64,000 nt of DNA. Source: Takakia lepidozioides. Its lineage: Eukaryota > Plantae > Bryophyta. Under the pieces are notes generated by a model. The model saw nothing but the letters and a program-made list of their open reading frames with translations. It had not been told where the DNA came from and did not search any database. The stretch lies in assembly GCA_030704615.1 (NCBI GenBank), contig CM060731.1, positions 28,148,001 to 28,212,000 on the forward strand, read 5' to 3'. A program made the translations under genes and the position numbers. Shown in pieces: positions 27,599-42,500 of this stretch; within the stretch, counting starts at the first letter, position 1; each line of letters begins with the position of its first letter.

Positions 27599-28539
27599 GT
27601 AGTTTCCCAAAAGATTCGGAAAATGTTCCTTCGTAATCTCCTTCTCTAAGTACCTAAGCAACAACCGGTGGGGGATTCTCAAGGTAGGAAGCCTGCCTAG
27701 CTGTTCATGTGCCATATCGAGATGAGTTGAGAAGTAGGTAGAGAGAAGAAGAAACTATATTCAAAAAGTTTATCCACTTATTGTACTCTTCATTAGTAAA
27801 AAGTCTCCAATATTTCATTCCAGCCTTCGTCCCGTATTGTTCTATTTCTGAGTCAGTCACATGAACATTAAGCTCTAAGTGAAAATGACGTCCATCATGA
27901 GTATATGAAAATCCATCAATTGGGTTGAGCACCACCGGTTCCCCAAAAATGTTGGCCCCTTCAACACCTCCCGATATATAGTTAGGATCATACTCAATCA
28001 AGTGCTCATGTTGTTGCTCGAGTGTACTGGCTCTAAATTTGGAACCACGTCTCCTGTTCCCTTGCTGCTAAAATACTCCTTTGCAATAACAGATTCATAA
28101 TAGAAATTGTTGTCTCCATCAACTTGAAACACCTTGCGAAAACGTCGTTGATCATAACATAACATTGAAAAATCTAACGGTGAGGCTACTAACAGAAGTG
28201 TCGTTGAATAAAGAACGAGGGAATGCCGACGAGCAAGGAGATAGAGCTTTCTTCGCGAGCAAGGGAGGTAACAAGGGACGGTACTATGTAATTCTCTTGA
28301 GACACTCTTAGGTTAATCCATTCATGATAGCTCTGGCAGATAGATTGGGATTTGTAGGAAGTTATTCCCGCACGCATATATTTGTATTGATTTTTGTTCA
28401 ATGAAATTTTCATCTTATTACAAACAACATGAGAAGAGGCTTGAAAGTTTTTTGCTGGAATTTCCGAACAATTAAGCCAAAATCTGAAAAATTCCCAGAA
28501 TGCGTTAGGCACTTTCATTTTGAATTCCTGACATTGTCA

Positions 28540-28689
28540 AGTCCATGCAAGGGCCTTTTGAAGTTACATGCTAGTGGAAGTAGATTACAAGAGAGACTCT
28601 CTAAGGAGCAGAAGAAACAGCGTGATAAGAGAATCAGCGAGTTTAAGAAGATAACCAGATGTAATAATTGTGGAGAGAATTGCCACTAA
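28540..28689 (+). pseudogene. Copia-like gag remnant (zinc knuckle)
   Basis: KKITRCNNCGENCH. A possibly related gag-like piece, EWDDRDNAATMLICSVV, lies at about 26260-26310. Confidence 0.35.
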
Positions 28690-31600
28690 TTTAAAAAAAT
28701 GTTCATTCTTATATTGTCTTTTCAAAACTAGGCACTACATTTTTTAGTTTCGTTGACAAAATATTCGGATTGTAGCATTTTATTATGAGTCTATCGTTGA
28801 AAAGCAATAATGTCCACGTCATCCCAAAAGGTCTCATCCTATATCCTCGGCATGTTATATGCTATCGCAGTATGGACTACTATGATTTCAGATCCTCACA
28901 ATCTCCTCATTTCATGCTATGTAGGAAATAGAGTTCAAACACTAAGGAGAAATCATAGTATTTGCTATCTACAATCACATATACTTATAATTACATCCAA
29001 AAGTTGGGGAATGGAGCATAATTGGGTCAGATCTTTAGTTGTTATAATGAAACAACTGTCGGACCCAACTAAGTACCTTAAATTTCAAAAACAAAAAAAA
29101 ACAAAACCATTTGAAATATGGATTCTCATTACTAACACAAGTCATGCTCATACTAATGATTCAGAGTAATTTGATCATATATCTTACATCTACTATGAGG
29201 GAGTTCCTTGTGTTTAAAAAAATCTAGAAAAACTTTCATAAACAAATCTCTTCCATGATTTTATTTTGTTTTTGAGAAAAAAAATATGAACTTTAATTAC
29301 CATGGCTATAGTAATGGACAAGAATTCTACCAATAAGATAGTGTCTTTTAACCTTAGCAATATTGTCCAGAGTTTATGATATGGTCTCATAATCCCAATA
29401 TGTGTATTTGGGAAGACTCGTATGAACTACAATAACGCTCGGAATGAAAGAATGCATTGTCCACAAACTAATAACAAATAACAATAATTGGTGGTTCACA
29501 ATGCGCAGGAGACCCTTCATGCAATATGTCGGCTTCTTTCTCTTGAGGAAGTTTTATGATCATTGTCGTTGAATTCTTATCCATGTGATAAACTTGAACA
29601 AATAAGATTCTAGGTGTCCAAATTAAATTTTGTTATTCACACATGGATGTATGCTAGAGGTAGATGTCTACAAAAAATTTACTCGTCTTAGAAGATCGCA
29701 TTTAAGGCAATTCCAAGGCTGCCCAAAAACAAAAACAAAAAAAATCAACTGATTCTATCAAATTCCTTCTCAAAATCTAAGCACGACATTGTCCAAATTC
29801 AAGCAACCTTGATTGATCCGGGCGGATGTTAATAATTTCGTTAAGACATACTGAGAAGAACAATGGACAGTAATTGGAGACCAATGGTCTGTCCGGCCCT
29901 TTTTGGTATAAGGGTGTGAAGTGTGAACATTTGGGAAGGCGTCATGCCTTTGAGCAAAACGTCATTCATCCTATCCAAAAATTCAGCACTAATAAACCCC
30001 ACATGCATTTGTAAAATTCAAATGGCATGCCAACTTCCAATGCGTGGGTGATTTCCAAGTGAATAAAAAGGCACAGAGATTGAGAGCTGCATTGTTAACA
30101 TTATTAGCTGTTTTTGCGGAAGAGGAATTCCTCTTAAGGTAATCACATAGTTTTATAAAAATACCCAAGTGGGCCGACTGTACAAATGGCAAAACCGTTA
30201 TCCCCAAAAGGGGAAGCAAAATATCATAGAGCTAGATAAATCAAACTTTTCTAGTGTCACCTACGGCCTGGAAAGGTCAGACAACAGGAAAGAGGATGGG
30301 TCAGAAAGTGCCCGGAGGCGAGATGAAGCTGGCCCGGCAACCTCTGCCCGACGTAAAATAGATCTAAGAGCTCGAGCCTTTTGTAAAGTAACATAAACTC
30401 GTTGTCTAAAGAAGGCTACAAGAACATAGACGTTTGGGCTTCCAACGCTGTTTGTTTTTCCTGTACGCGATCGGCAATCGTCCACTCTTAGGAAGTACAT
30501 GCTGCGCATTCCAAACGCAATCCTAATTCCACGCAAGCTACAAAAGTACATTCCTTTCATCGTGGCTTGGGCTGAGTCCTACTTTTCAAGGGCTTCCCTT
30601 TGGTGAATGCTACAACAATCCATCTCACTTTCCCAGTTTCTAGTAACGTGTATGTGAGGCAAAGGCCTTACTTGTTCTCAATCTGCATCTGTTTGTTCAT
30701 TTAACTTACACACTGCATGTCTGCAATAAATTTGGGCCCGACCATAAATCCCAGAAAACTCGTGAACACTGTATCCACTCACCTGCCATGTCCTGGGTGG
30801 GAGTCTCAATGCAATCCGGTCGTGAGCACTGAGGATCGTGACGCATACACTCTGGGCAGCTCTCCGCTGTTCAGGGAGGCTACATGAGCAACATACATAT
30901 TAGTCAGATTTCTCTAGGGTATGAGGTGTTTTCTCTTGTTCTCGTCTCCTTCGGAATTGAGATTGGCACCATAGTACTGACCTCGGAAGACGCACCGTTT
31001 GGTCATACCACGTATGGAGAGGTCATATTAACGGCTGGGAGGCGCAGTGCGATTTCAGAAAGGATGTGAGGAGATTCAAAGGCACATGTGAGTGTCCAGA
31101 CTATCTCTTTTTATTTTTTGTTTTTCTTCTGATTGGGCACCTACAAGGTCACAACAATAGTCTATCACCAGTACTGCTCCTAGGACTGACCTCCAGCGCC
31201 GTGAGCCCTCCCAAACCACCTCCCCGGAGCTTCGCTACCGGCAGCTCGTTGTAGTTAGACTATAAGTTCAATTTTGTTCAATCTCAGTCGTTGTTTTAAG
31301 ATATGTCAGGGTTCACATTCCCTACAGCAGCTTTGAAATCTTGAGCTCAAAGCTCACAACAAAATTCACCACGTTCAGAAACAGTACCAGTTGAGTGTTT
31401 TAGAACAGAGTATTGTACAGTTCAACAAAGTCGACGTGGACCCTTAGAACCGGAAAGTCCTTGCCCATACAATACCTGTACTGGGTACAAGAAAGGAATC
31501 TGCATACCTAAGCATCCAACGAGCAAAGATTTGGCCAGACCAAACTAGAATTTGTGAGTGAATATCGATCAACAAAATTTGAGTCCTGACCGTGCTTTGA

Positions 31601-33748
31601 TTTTATCTAACCTAGTGCATTGTGTATTATTGCGCTTGGGGCAATGACGCAGTTAGTGAGGGAAACCGAGTCGCGTCAATTGCTAGTCTCATAACAGTTC
31701 TAATAACAAGCGGCGCATTGTAATTTTTCCTACCTCCCAGTGTCTCTACTCCCAACTATGATGTCGGATCGTCTGGGCATTACAGTAAATTATAAACCTG
31801 GCTGCAACTTTCCTTTGAAATACTCGAATCCCTTCCTGTCCAGAAAACCCGATTCCCCATATTCCACTTTGGACTATCACATTCCCGCTATTGCCCCGGC
31901 CATTGACAGAATTTTCCTTATTCAGCCATATTCGTAAGCGGGCCGGGATCCCCGAATCGGGGACAACACCGTGGCAGGAACTTCACCTCTCGCATATCGG
32001 GACCTCCCAAATTTGAGTCGAAAATGCTTATGGCAATACTGATACGTAGTCTCCGTAGAGACAAAAAATGTCAAACCTGCGATCAATCACGAGTTTCCAT
32101 GTGATAATTTGAGCAAGGTTTAGCCTTTGAGACTCTCAACTGGGGGCAGTTCACTACATTTTGATAACAAAGCGATATACTACTGACCAGGATGGAGCTC
32201 ACTGACCCTGTTGCTCATCGCTACTGTTCATCACCACTTCATAAACTCTCAAAACCCCCACAAACCAAACTCACCCTCCGATCGCAGCTCACCTCCGGGC
32301 TAAGCTTGGGCTCGGATGCTTCGCTTCAATATAAAGCCTGCAGCGGCCTTATCAGTTCGTCATCTCTCTCTCTCCCACTGACCAAAATACTAATGAAGAT
32401 CATTCTGGACTGGATAGACTTCATCCATTGGATGACACAAGGATAACCGCGCGGGTGAGAACAGTCCGCGGTAAGCGTGGCACGACCCGAGGTCGTGGCG
32501 CAAGACCGGCGGGTAGGTATGTTGGTGGGCCGGGTCCCCCTTCCCCGCCCGCGTTTTTCTCTTACCCGTTCGGGAGTCCTTGTCGGCGAAAATCTAGTCT
32601 CGGTATTCAAAATCAAAACGCTCCCGGGAACAGCATTCCGGCATCTTGATGCCAGGCGTAACCGGCTCTGACCGGTCGCCTCCTGTGTCACCATGTCCCG
32701 TCAACCGGTCCCGCCACTCCCGCTGACCGGATTGGCAAGTGGACCGCCGCCCGTTACGGAGGGTTCAACCTACCGCACCGGCCCTTCATTGCATCGACCC
32801 GCTGCCCGGCTCCAGACCGTCGAATAACCGGATATACTGGCGGTCGCCGTCCTGGGAACGTCGTGCACACGACCGGCCGGGCAGGGAACGTATAGCAGGA
32901 CCCGGTTTAGCAAAATAGATACCCAGACCCGTTGGTTTTCCGGGGATGTGGAGGACGTTTACCCAACGAGTGATGTGGGGAACCGAAGGGTAGAAAGAAC
33001 GTGGGCATGACGGCGTCGTCATGGTGCAGTGCACGCCATGAACGCTGTGAAGCACAGCACCGTGTCTCTCGCTCTCTCCACCGATTCTTGCTCGTCTCTG
33101 ACCCTCCCTTTTCTTGTTTATAAATGTGGTTCCGTGTCTTATGCCTCAGATCATCTCTGTTGTCACAACCTGCAGAGTTTGGAGCTCCCTTCGCTCTGAG
33201 CTCTGCCACTCTGCAGGGTCGAATCCTCTACGGATTGGCCACCCTCCGTAAGTGACCTTAGACACTTTTACTACTATGTCTTTCATTCCCCAATTGTCAA
33301 TTCTCCACATGGCTGATCAGATTCCCCCAGGGCTCTCTCCTTCTCTCTCTCCCAAATTGTTTGCACGCCGCTGTAAAGAGTAGAGTCGTCTCATGCATGT
33401 GGGTTTCGTTGGGCCGCCTGCAAGCTGGACGTCCGCTCTAGTAGCCAAACTTAGTCGTTACTCTCAATGAGTGCACGCTCACCCTCAAGGAATGTTCCAA
33501 CTGATTTACTGGAACACATTCTAGATGACAGTACATATTTTTTGAAGTCCATGGTGTAGACACATATATGAACTTCCACAACTCCTTTTGTTCGGTTTTG
33601 TCTGGGTGTCATATTCGCCGTGAAGTTTCGAAGAAAGCGAATGTATGACACATGATTTGATGGGACCTGACCCTGCGTCTCATTCAATAAATTCTATTAT
33701 ATCAGATTAATGTCTTGGCCTGATTTCATGCTCTCATCTGTGCAGGAG

Positions 33749-35067
33749 ATGGCACCATTGATCTCCCTTCCAACTTCATTGTGCATGCTTGTGGCATGCA
33801 CAACGTTTGCATTGTTCCCCAGAGCCAACAGCCAGCAGAACGGAAATTGGAAGTCAGCCCATGCAACGTTCTACGGCGGTTTCGATGCGACGGGCACTAT
33901 GGGTAAACCCTTAAAACCCATACGTAAATATTTCGGTATGTGAGGTGAAGTACCTTAAGCAGATCCGACAGATACAGAGATATAACGCCACTCAGATACT
34001 ACAAGATTTCAGGTTAGGGAAGACAGCTCCCTTAGGCTTTGAAGCTTGATTGAATTGTTATATCTCCTTCTCATCTCCTTTTGACTTTACTGTCAGCAAA
34101 ATGAAACAATAAACAACTTCATGGTTCACCAGATCATTCTGAAGTGACAGTTGAGCCGAATTCACTCCTTGAGCAGATTTTCGAAACACTCGTGTTCTGA
34201 TATCACTGCTACATGTGTCAGGAGGTGCCTGTGGGTATGGTGACTTGTACACCCAGGGTTATGGCACAAACACTGCCGCGCTGAGCACTGTTCTGTTCAA
34301 CAATGGATTGACGTGCGGTGCATGCTTCGAGATCCAATGTGATGCTATCCAGGATTCAAGATGGTGCTTGCCCGGTAGTCCCACCATCACTGTGACCGCC
34401 ACCAACTTTTGCCCTCCCAACCTTTCCCTTGCCAATGACAATGGCGGCTGGTGCAATGTACCCAGGGAGCACTTTGACCTCGCAATGCCCGCGTATCTTC
34501 AGATTGCACAATATGTCGCCGGCATCGTGCCTGTAAATTACCGAAGGTAAGCTTTCCAAGTTGGGTCCAGGTATCAATTAAACGAGACTTTAATTTGAAT
34601 TGCTGTAGAGCTCGTACATGCAGAAGTGATGTGGTCACCGGCTCAAAGTGTGAAGTTAGATTATGGCCTGCTGGTTCCTGCAAATGAGATACGTCAGTTT
34701 GCTAATGTGACCAGTCCAAATTCGCATTGACATGCTGGTAACTGTGCTCAGGGTTGGTTGCGTGAAAAGTGGAGGCGTTCGATTCACAATCAATGGGAAC
34801 CCCTGGTTTGACTTGGTGACGATTACCAACGTCGGTGGTGTTGGAGAGGTCACGTCCGTGCAGGTTATGGCCAATCGTGGTGGCTGGGTGCAAATGACAA
34901 GGAACTGGGGACAAAATTGGCAAGCTGGCTGCTATCTAGTTGGGCAAAGTGTTTCGTTCTCGGTGACTACCAGCGATGGGAATAATGTGGTGTCCTTAGA
35001 TGCCGCACCTTCCAATTGGCAGTTTGGTCAGACCTTCGAGGGCCAGCAGTTCTCATCCTTGCCTTGA
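33749..35067 (+). CDS. EXPA: alpha-expansin; exons 33749-33902, 34222-34546, 34752-35067 (264 aa)
   Basis: Motifs [41 protein letters not shown] and WQFGQTF. The GT-AG introns splice in frame (795 nt). A probable 5'UTR intron spans about 33248-33745. Confidence 0.96.
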
Positions 35068-36099
35068 AAGGCTCTCGACGATCTGAAGGGCCGAGGGGTT
35101 TTCCTAATTTGACTTGTTGCTCAGATCCAGGAGCACACCAACAAAGTTAAGCACTATACAGGCGGAAAAAACGGAGCGATCCATGAATTACTGATTTCAC
35201 AAAGTAAATGGCGGGTGGAGACAGTCGCAAATCTAGCGACTTTACACACAAAATTGGAGTGTTCCCAGATGTGGAAGACTGCTCAAACTTGTCCTGATCA
35301 TCTCCTGTGAATTAGCTTTTAGATAGGTGTGATTCTAACCACCTTCAAGATAGCCGAGGCTTGCCCGATCACAAGCCCGCTTCTTTATCCTAGCAGAGGC
35401 TTGCACATTCGTGAGCCCGCTTCTAACATTGACATAGTTATCATATACTTCGCTTGCAAGAAACGAGCTAGACACATGGATGCCGAGGTGTTCAGTGTTG
35501 ATATGACTCACCCGCTCCAATGGCTTGCTCTTTAGTCGAGCTGTCGAGTGATGCCGAGGTGTATGTATGTTGATATGAATCACCCGCTCCATTGAAGGAA
35601 AGGGTTATCCTGAACGATCGATGTGATGATCTAACGAAATTTAAAGTCCAGACCAGTACAATCTGCCGTAAGTTCTCTCCAGGACTCTCCGACCCACAAA
35701 TTGCACAAGCAGCTAAGTTCACCAATCTTGTCATGGAGTTCTTTCTTCTCCACATGGTTGAAATGGAGGTGTTTCACTTTGGTGAGTGAGTGTAAAACTG
35801 GTTGGTGAAGGAATGCCTGGCACCTCACAATCTCTGGCCAAGCTTTGTACTTTAGAAGAAATGACCTTTAACGACAGAATACAAGCTTGAGGACATCATC
35901 CATATGTCAACTGCCAGACTCCACTAATCAAGATGTTGGTCTGCATCCAACAATCTGGAATCCTAAAAGGTAGATGAAGGGTTGATCATAGGAGCAAAGA
36001 AAGTGTGTCAATAACCATTGACAAAATGCACTTCAACCCAAGGAGAACATCACCTAAAGCCTTTCTCACTCAACTAGCCCAACTATGTGGTGCAATCCT

Positions 36100-39000
36100 T
36101 CAATGTGCAACTGGGATGTTTCCCCTAATCTCTTTCAAATGACCACGCTGCACAAAGGGGGAAGGAGATGAAGGCCCCCTGAGGCTAGGAGTTGGTGATT
36201 GGCCAAATTTTCTGATTGAACTTTGCCCCCTTACTCCGCCCCCCTTTCTGTAGGTCCCTGTTGAATGTGGACTCCCCCTCCCACCAATGTTCTCTTGATT
36301 TGCAAAGAAAAATTTCTCAATGCGAGCTGGACTTGGCCTTCTGCATGGTGGCATTTGCCGAGACCCTTCTTGGGACAAAGATCTCTCCACCCCATTTCTT
36401 GATATATTTGGTTTGTTGAACAAAGCAAGTTTTTCATTGGCTCTTGGGATCTCATCAGCGGCGAACATCTCTTGAGGCAGACAGTTCTGCACTCCAACTC
36501 CTGATGTATTATGTTTGTTGAACAAGGTAAGTTGTTCATTGGCTCCAGGGATTTCATCAGGCACCTCCCACTGTTGGCTTGACATATGATACTTTTGCCG
36601 CACTTTACTGAGCTCATATGTCTCCCTAGATGAGGACTTGAAGGGACTCGGGAATCTTGGGATCTGCCCACCAGAGATGTCTTGTTCAGAACTGTTGAAA
36701 TTGGTCCTATTTGCATGATGGGACAGGTCTGCACGTTCTCCTTGCATCTTGGCTTCTTGCATGGGTCCAGGACACTGATTTCCACAATCAAAACAGCCAT
36801 CAACATCAGTGCTACATCTGCAACTGTTGATGCCACTGTTGTTCTGAATTGGCTGCAAGACCAAGGCGTAGCCCAGGTTGTTTCCGGAGCCTAGGCTGCT
36901 GCCAACATCCAGCCACCTGTTCTGCTCAAGAGCATGACGATGCTTAGCTTCCTCCACTGTCTTTTGAAGCTGTGCCAACTGCAACTCCAGTTCTGTGATT
37001 TTCTGTTGAGCTGTTTGAGCCCGCCTGCGCCACTCGTCCCCCTGGTTCACAGCAATCAACAGGCAAGAGAGAGGTTAATACACAGAGAACCACCTACTGC
37101 ATTTGGGAGCTAGGCTTGGGACATGGCTTGCTGCGGTCAGTACTTCTACCCATGTTGACTCAGGTTTCAATTGTTGCAGAAATGGGCCTATAATGGTTTA
37201 TACACAAGTAGTAAACAACCGTGTTTATAACTTGCAACTCACTTTGTAACCTACAACTGCTTGCTACATAAACTCATGAAGGTGGGGAGAGGGACCCAGT
37301 GGGTTGAACCCAGGGTAGAGATGCATGGATCATAAGAGAGCAGACACCCTTTAGTTCCCTTTAAGCCAATCTCATGACAACAAGTTGCAATTGGTCTACA
37401 GTTTGAAGTACTTATATGTACCTCATGTTGCAAGGTGGCAGCCAGGGACTCGGCAGTGAGGGCACGCTTCTCCCACCCCTCACAGGCCTGCTGCAAAAGT
37501 GTCATCTCATTGCTCACATGCTTCAACACTTCCTGAACTTGGCCCCACTGCTCAGTTTCCGCCTTGACCTGCTCCAATCGACTTGTTTGTTAGGTGGTTA
37601 CAAAGCATGGTAGATTCCGCGAAGGCAGTGGTTAGGTCTATGCACACAAATTTCCAGAGGATATGAGATTGCCAATGCTGCAAGCCGAGGCAAAAAGCTA
37701 GTACATTGACACTTGTTCTCACTTACATGTAAAGGTGGGTCATCTTTGGTCTAAGCGTTTAATCGTCCAGTCCAAAGGAAATGCTGACAGGTCACTAAGC
37801 TCAGCATCCTTTAAGTGAACCTGAATATATTTCCAACATCTGACAGATGTAGCAGAAGCATATTAGGTATTGGAAATGTATCTCTTTCCTTGCTTCTTAG
37901 CGTAGGGGAAATTGATTGGACATATGATTGATCCAGAGAGTGCCAGTTAGCACAGACTGACCTGCTCAACAATCTTACGGATGGTGTCCTTGGCCTGCAA
38001 ATTTTTGGCTTCAGCCTCTCGCAACAGGCGCCCATCCTCTTGGATTTTCACCTCCTGCAAGTCAAGAAACTTATTTGATAGCAGGTCGACTAGCAGTGGT
38101 TTCCATCACTACAGTTTGAGCGTTTAAAATAAATGGCCAATGAGTACATATCTTATCTGTAGTTGGGATCATAAAGTGCTTACCAAGGGCAGTTCAGAAC
38201 TGCTGCCGGCACGAGTTCCTGTCACCTGGCCACGGTTTTCTCGGTCCACTTGCACGCTTGACTGTGCATTCCGAAACTGAGATCGGCGTTGCAGCATATC
38301 AATCCTTTCTTGCAGAGCCTTTGCCTGATGCTCTAGGTCGCGTTGCATACTGGAATCCAGTTTTCGGCTCCGGCCTTCCGAGCTTTTCCGTAGCCGCTGA
38401 ATTCTCTCTGCCAAGCCTACACGGTTCTCATCCGTATCCCTCCGCGGTGTGCAAGGCTCTGAAACTGTACCTCTCTTTTTAGCCTGAAAGTGGGAGAGGG
38501 TGCTCAATTGTGAGTACATGTCGAGCTACTTAAGTCATAGAGCTGGTGGTTTAGCCAATGTTGCACAGCTACCAGGCACATAATCCTCTTAGACACCTTA
38601 CTGTAAGAGTAGATTGTGATACCAGGAGCCACCGACCTGCAAAGAACTCCACTCTGCTCATCTACTCAATGGGGAAAATGGCTGCATTGGGCAGGGCGGA
38701 TTCCTATGTTTTGGGGAGACGGGAGAGAGAGGGAGAGTGACTTTTAGATGTTTCCTCCGTCATGAGTATGTCCTCTTTGGACGAGCAGAGGAGGAGCAAT
38801 GACAGAGAGAGGAAGAAGGATAAGATCAATTTATAAGTTCCTTTTCCTCAATGAATGCTTCTCTAAAGTAGTCTCAAGGAAAGACCACTACATCTTGTAA
38901 GTACACAGACAACTCTCAACTGCAAATAATAAGAAAGAGAGAACTTATCTATCAAACATCACCTCCAGTATTGTCTCCACTGCTTCGCGGAGTGAGTGGG

Positions 39001-39871
39001 CCATTTGGGCTGCCTGGGCCATATCCGCACAACCTTGCCTCCATGTCTGCATTGCAATATCTTTCTCCATCCTCAACACGTCACATTTCGCCCTCAAAAC
39101 CGCCTCTTGGTTTCGCCTCCTCTCTTTCTTCTCGGAGCTAACGGTCCTCCCTTCCCCACTATGGACTTTTCCCTTGCCACCATGGTTCTTCCAATTGCTA
39201 GAATCCCCAGAAACAGAAGTAGGTGGAGTCTGATGGGTAGTCAAAGCTACTGGAGTTGCAGAAACATGCGGCTCCAGAGGAGACATGTCCGCTCCGAAGT
39301 TGCTTGACTCGTCATCACTGCTACAATCAAAGAAAAAAACCTCATCTTCGCCCACATTCACAGAGTCGGAGAGCTCTTCCGGAGGAACCCAAGGGGCTGT
39401 TCCGCGAGGAATTGCAGGAAACCCACCATGTCCGTTGCTAATATCGTCATTGGCTGTGTCGAGTTCCCAATAGGAGGAAATATTTTCTCCGCGACTACGC
39501 TGAGTCTGCCTGGGAGGTGATTCCCAATATATCCTGTCCTGCTCAAGTAGCCATTTGAGCGTTCCTTTTAACGCTTTCTTCCTCCCCTGTTTCATACTGC
39601 CTCCTGGGTCTTCCAAAAGATGACCTTTGGATTGTTTGCAATCAGTGTCGAGATCTTCCCAAGTCACATGCTTCCCCTTCCCCTTCATTTCATGCAGCTT
39701 TTCAGCTGGCGCATTTTCTGTGGGCTTAGCAACCTGCATTGTACGCCCAACATTGTGGGAGGAGTCTCCTTGTCTGTAGCTCGACCTGTCTACAGTATCT
39801 GCAAAAATGTCATCTCTTGGAGCACTCGTCATTCTTGAAGCACAAAATGTGCACAACCCGGGCAAAGCCAA
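36100..39871 (-). CDS. multi-exon uncharacterised plant coiled-coil protein (approx. exons 39871-38963, 38483-38184, 38055-37979, ~37583-37423, 37042-36100)
   Basis: Collinear minus-strand ORFs with splice signals. Coiled-coil blocks include VLRAKCDVLRMEKDIA, EQVKAETEQWGQVQEVL..WEKRALTAE and EWRRRAQTAQQKITELE. Exon limits are approximate. Confidence 0.65.
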
Positions 39872-41299
39872 AACAATAGAAGCACTGTTCTACAAACTTT
39901 CTGCAACTGAGCTCAGTCCTGGATAAGCACAGCGACGAGCTACCACCAAATCTTCCTGCAGAAAACTCCACCTCACCGCTTCGTTGTCCATCTCCCACAA
40001 GCGAACTCCAAATGAGGGTTACTGTGACAATGATGAACTCCGGAGACCATAACAGAAAAGCATCGGTTTCCCGACTCAGATTTGTGGGCACGCAGTCCCA
40101 TTCACAGAGAGGATGCAAAATCCTCACGGGATTTTCGCCTTGTGGATGGGGGTTCCCTGCATTGAAGGTACAGAGAAGCCCAGTAACTAGACGGGAATTC
40201 AAACGTGACAGTGCAGCTCTGCTGTTGGCATGCTCCGTCAACGGTCTCTTCAGGGAGACGGCGCTGGCATCGTCGGATGAAGGTAGGTCGCACTGCATCT
40301 CTGCCGTTGGGTTTGAAAAGATAAGTCAGCGTGTTTATTTCTGCCTCCAACGGTTTTCCTTTATCATCCCTGGCAGCAATGGATGGATGATAGCTACTCT
40401 CATCCATTGTTTCTCTCTTTCTCTTTATTTTATTTTTTATTTTTTTTAACAGGGGACATGTGAATCCTGATTCCGGCGCTATGGGTTTGTTCCCCTTCCT
40501 CTACCGGACTTGACATTATCTGGGGAATGTAGTTGGTAGAAGGGCCTGGCAAAGAAGACGGAATCTTACTAAGAGGACGCCATAGACTCAGACCTCCAAA
40601 CACTTTCATCCAACCACTCAAGCACACTGTTAACCCAACGTACGCTCGCGTAAGACCCAAAAAGCCACCACCCCTCACTGCCACGGCAGTGAGGTTTAAA
40701 TAGTATTAGGTCATAATCTAATCCTAGTGCCGTGTGGCACTTACACATAGGTCCACCAGATGCCCTTCCAGCACAGCCATAGAAAGAAACCAGATCACCC
40801 AGTCCCATCTTAATCTGATCCTCAACTAGCTGTTAGAATAAGACAGCCCCTAATGAAGCCATCAGCTGTTGCCAGCTCATCCTTATGCGCAAGGTGTAAG
40901 TCCATCCAGCCTTCGTCCTGGCTTCGTCCTGGCTTCGTCCATCCCTTAAATCATCTGGAGCGCATCCCTCCTCCATTCATCCATGTCGAAAAGTAAGGTG
41001 AGAAGGAATCCCAGCTCCACATATGTGAAGCCTGCTGGGGCCACAAGAAATTGCGAGCTTCTGCAAGTGATGAGCTCAGGGAGAACCAAAATGAAACCTA
41101 GCCAAAACAAGCTACACACCCGGCACACAAAGGATGAAAAAACCTAGGGAAGAAAACCTCACCCTGCAAGCTGGGTGGAGGACAAAACATCCCATAGGAA
41201 AAACCCCGAGTGCTACAATGGTGCAGAAAACTAGCACGAAATTCAAACACTACTTTAAAGAAGAGGATGCCATGTTTTGAGTGCGAGCTGTCCGAGCTG

Positions 41300-42500
41300 T
41301 GGGAGTGAAGATCGTCTGACGGTTCTCAACATTCAAACAGGTTAGATCAAAGGTAAGAGTGCATGGAACAAGTAGTGAAACATGAATGGAGCTAGCTAAG
41401 TGAGGAGTAGAGGCATGTTATGGGAGCAAGACATATTACCTGCCAAGAAGAATATCATAAATAAGGTAAGGGCCATCAACTCGTTGTTTGGCCTTGGAAA
41501 TCTTCTTGAGCAAACACAATGTTAGATTTGGCAGTTTCCCTCAAACGACGTCTTCTAGCATCCATGGAAAGCAAAAAGGCTTCCTAATTTTCAGGCTCAG
41601 TAGCCGAGACCTGCAGCTAGGAGATATGCAAATGAGTTCTACATTTCCTACCATACAAAAGTTCAAAAGGTGAGATTTTGGTACTGGCATGGATAGAAGT
41701 CCTGTAGGCAAAGAGCAGAATAGGCACAGCAATATCCCATTCATCAATGAGTGTCTCATTCTTCTCGAGCATCTGGCATATAGTTTTGTTAAATCGTTCT
41801 GTCAAACCATTGCATTGGGGATTGTAGGGAGCAGTAACGGCATGCCTAGTGCAAAGATTAAACAAGACAATCTCCATAAGTTGGTTGCAGAACTCTGTAC
41901 CTTGATCCGTGAGGATTTCCAGAGGGCAACCATGACGAAGAATCACCTTATCAAAGAAGAATTGCACCACCTCGTCACTATCCTTAGCAACCAGAGGTCG
42001 GAGCTCAACCCATTTCGTCAGGTAGTCCGTTGCAACCGCAAGGTATGCATGGCCCTTGAACGTGGATTTAAGAGGTCCGACTAGATCTAAGCCAACCCTG
42101 GCAAATGGTTTAGTCACCGGGATAGGCTGTAAATGCAATGGAGCTTCGGTTCTAGGTAGGATGGTTTTAGCATGACAGGGCATACACCTTGCAATGAAAG
42201 CTGAGACATCTTTAACTAAGTCTTTCCAGTGGTACTGCTCCTGTAATCTCTTGACAGTTTTAACAACCCTTGAAATGGCCAGCATAAATAGAAGCATGGT
42301 ATAATTCTAGCAAAGCAGGGACAGCGGACCTAGAAGGGACTTCCACAGCAGAGGTACCTTCCAAAGCAGTGACTCTGAACAATCTCCCTTCACTTTCCCA
42401 GTGGCTGGGTAAGTGTTAGTTGACTTGCCTCATGAGCAGCTTGGATATGCTACTAAGGTGGGTGCCAGTTTTGCACCTATGGAGAAGAGCATCGTATAAG
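41300..42500 (-). pseudogene. Gypsy integrase
   Basis: Motifs YHWKDL..CMPCH, PFARVGLDLVGPL, DYLTKWVE, LTDQGTEF and YNPQCNGLTERFN. Confidence 0.92.

Noticed and set aside
32430-33045. GC-rich hairpin-rich block upstream of the expansin as a MITE or ncRNA
   Set aside because: No TIR/TSD or recognisable RNA family. The isolated palindrome at 13938-13955 was rejected for the same reason.
40450-41249. 3' LTR of Gypsy A
   Set aside because: The position fits, but no partner LTR or clear PPT is in the window.
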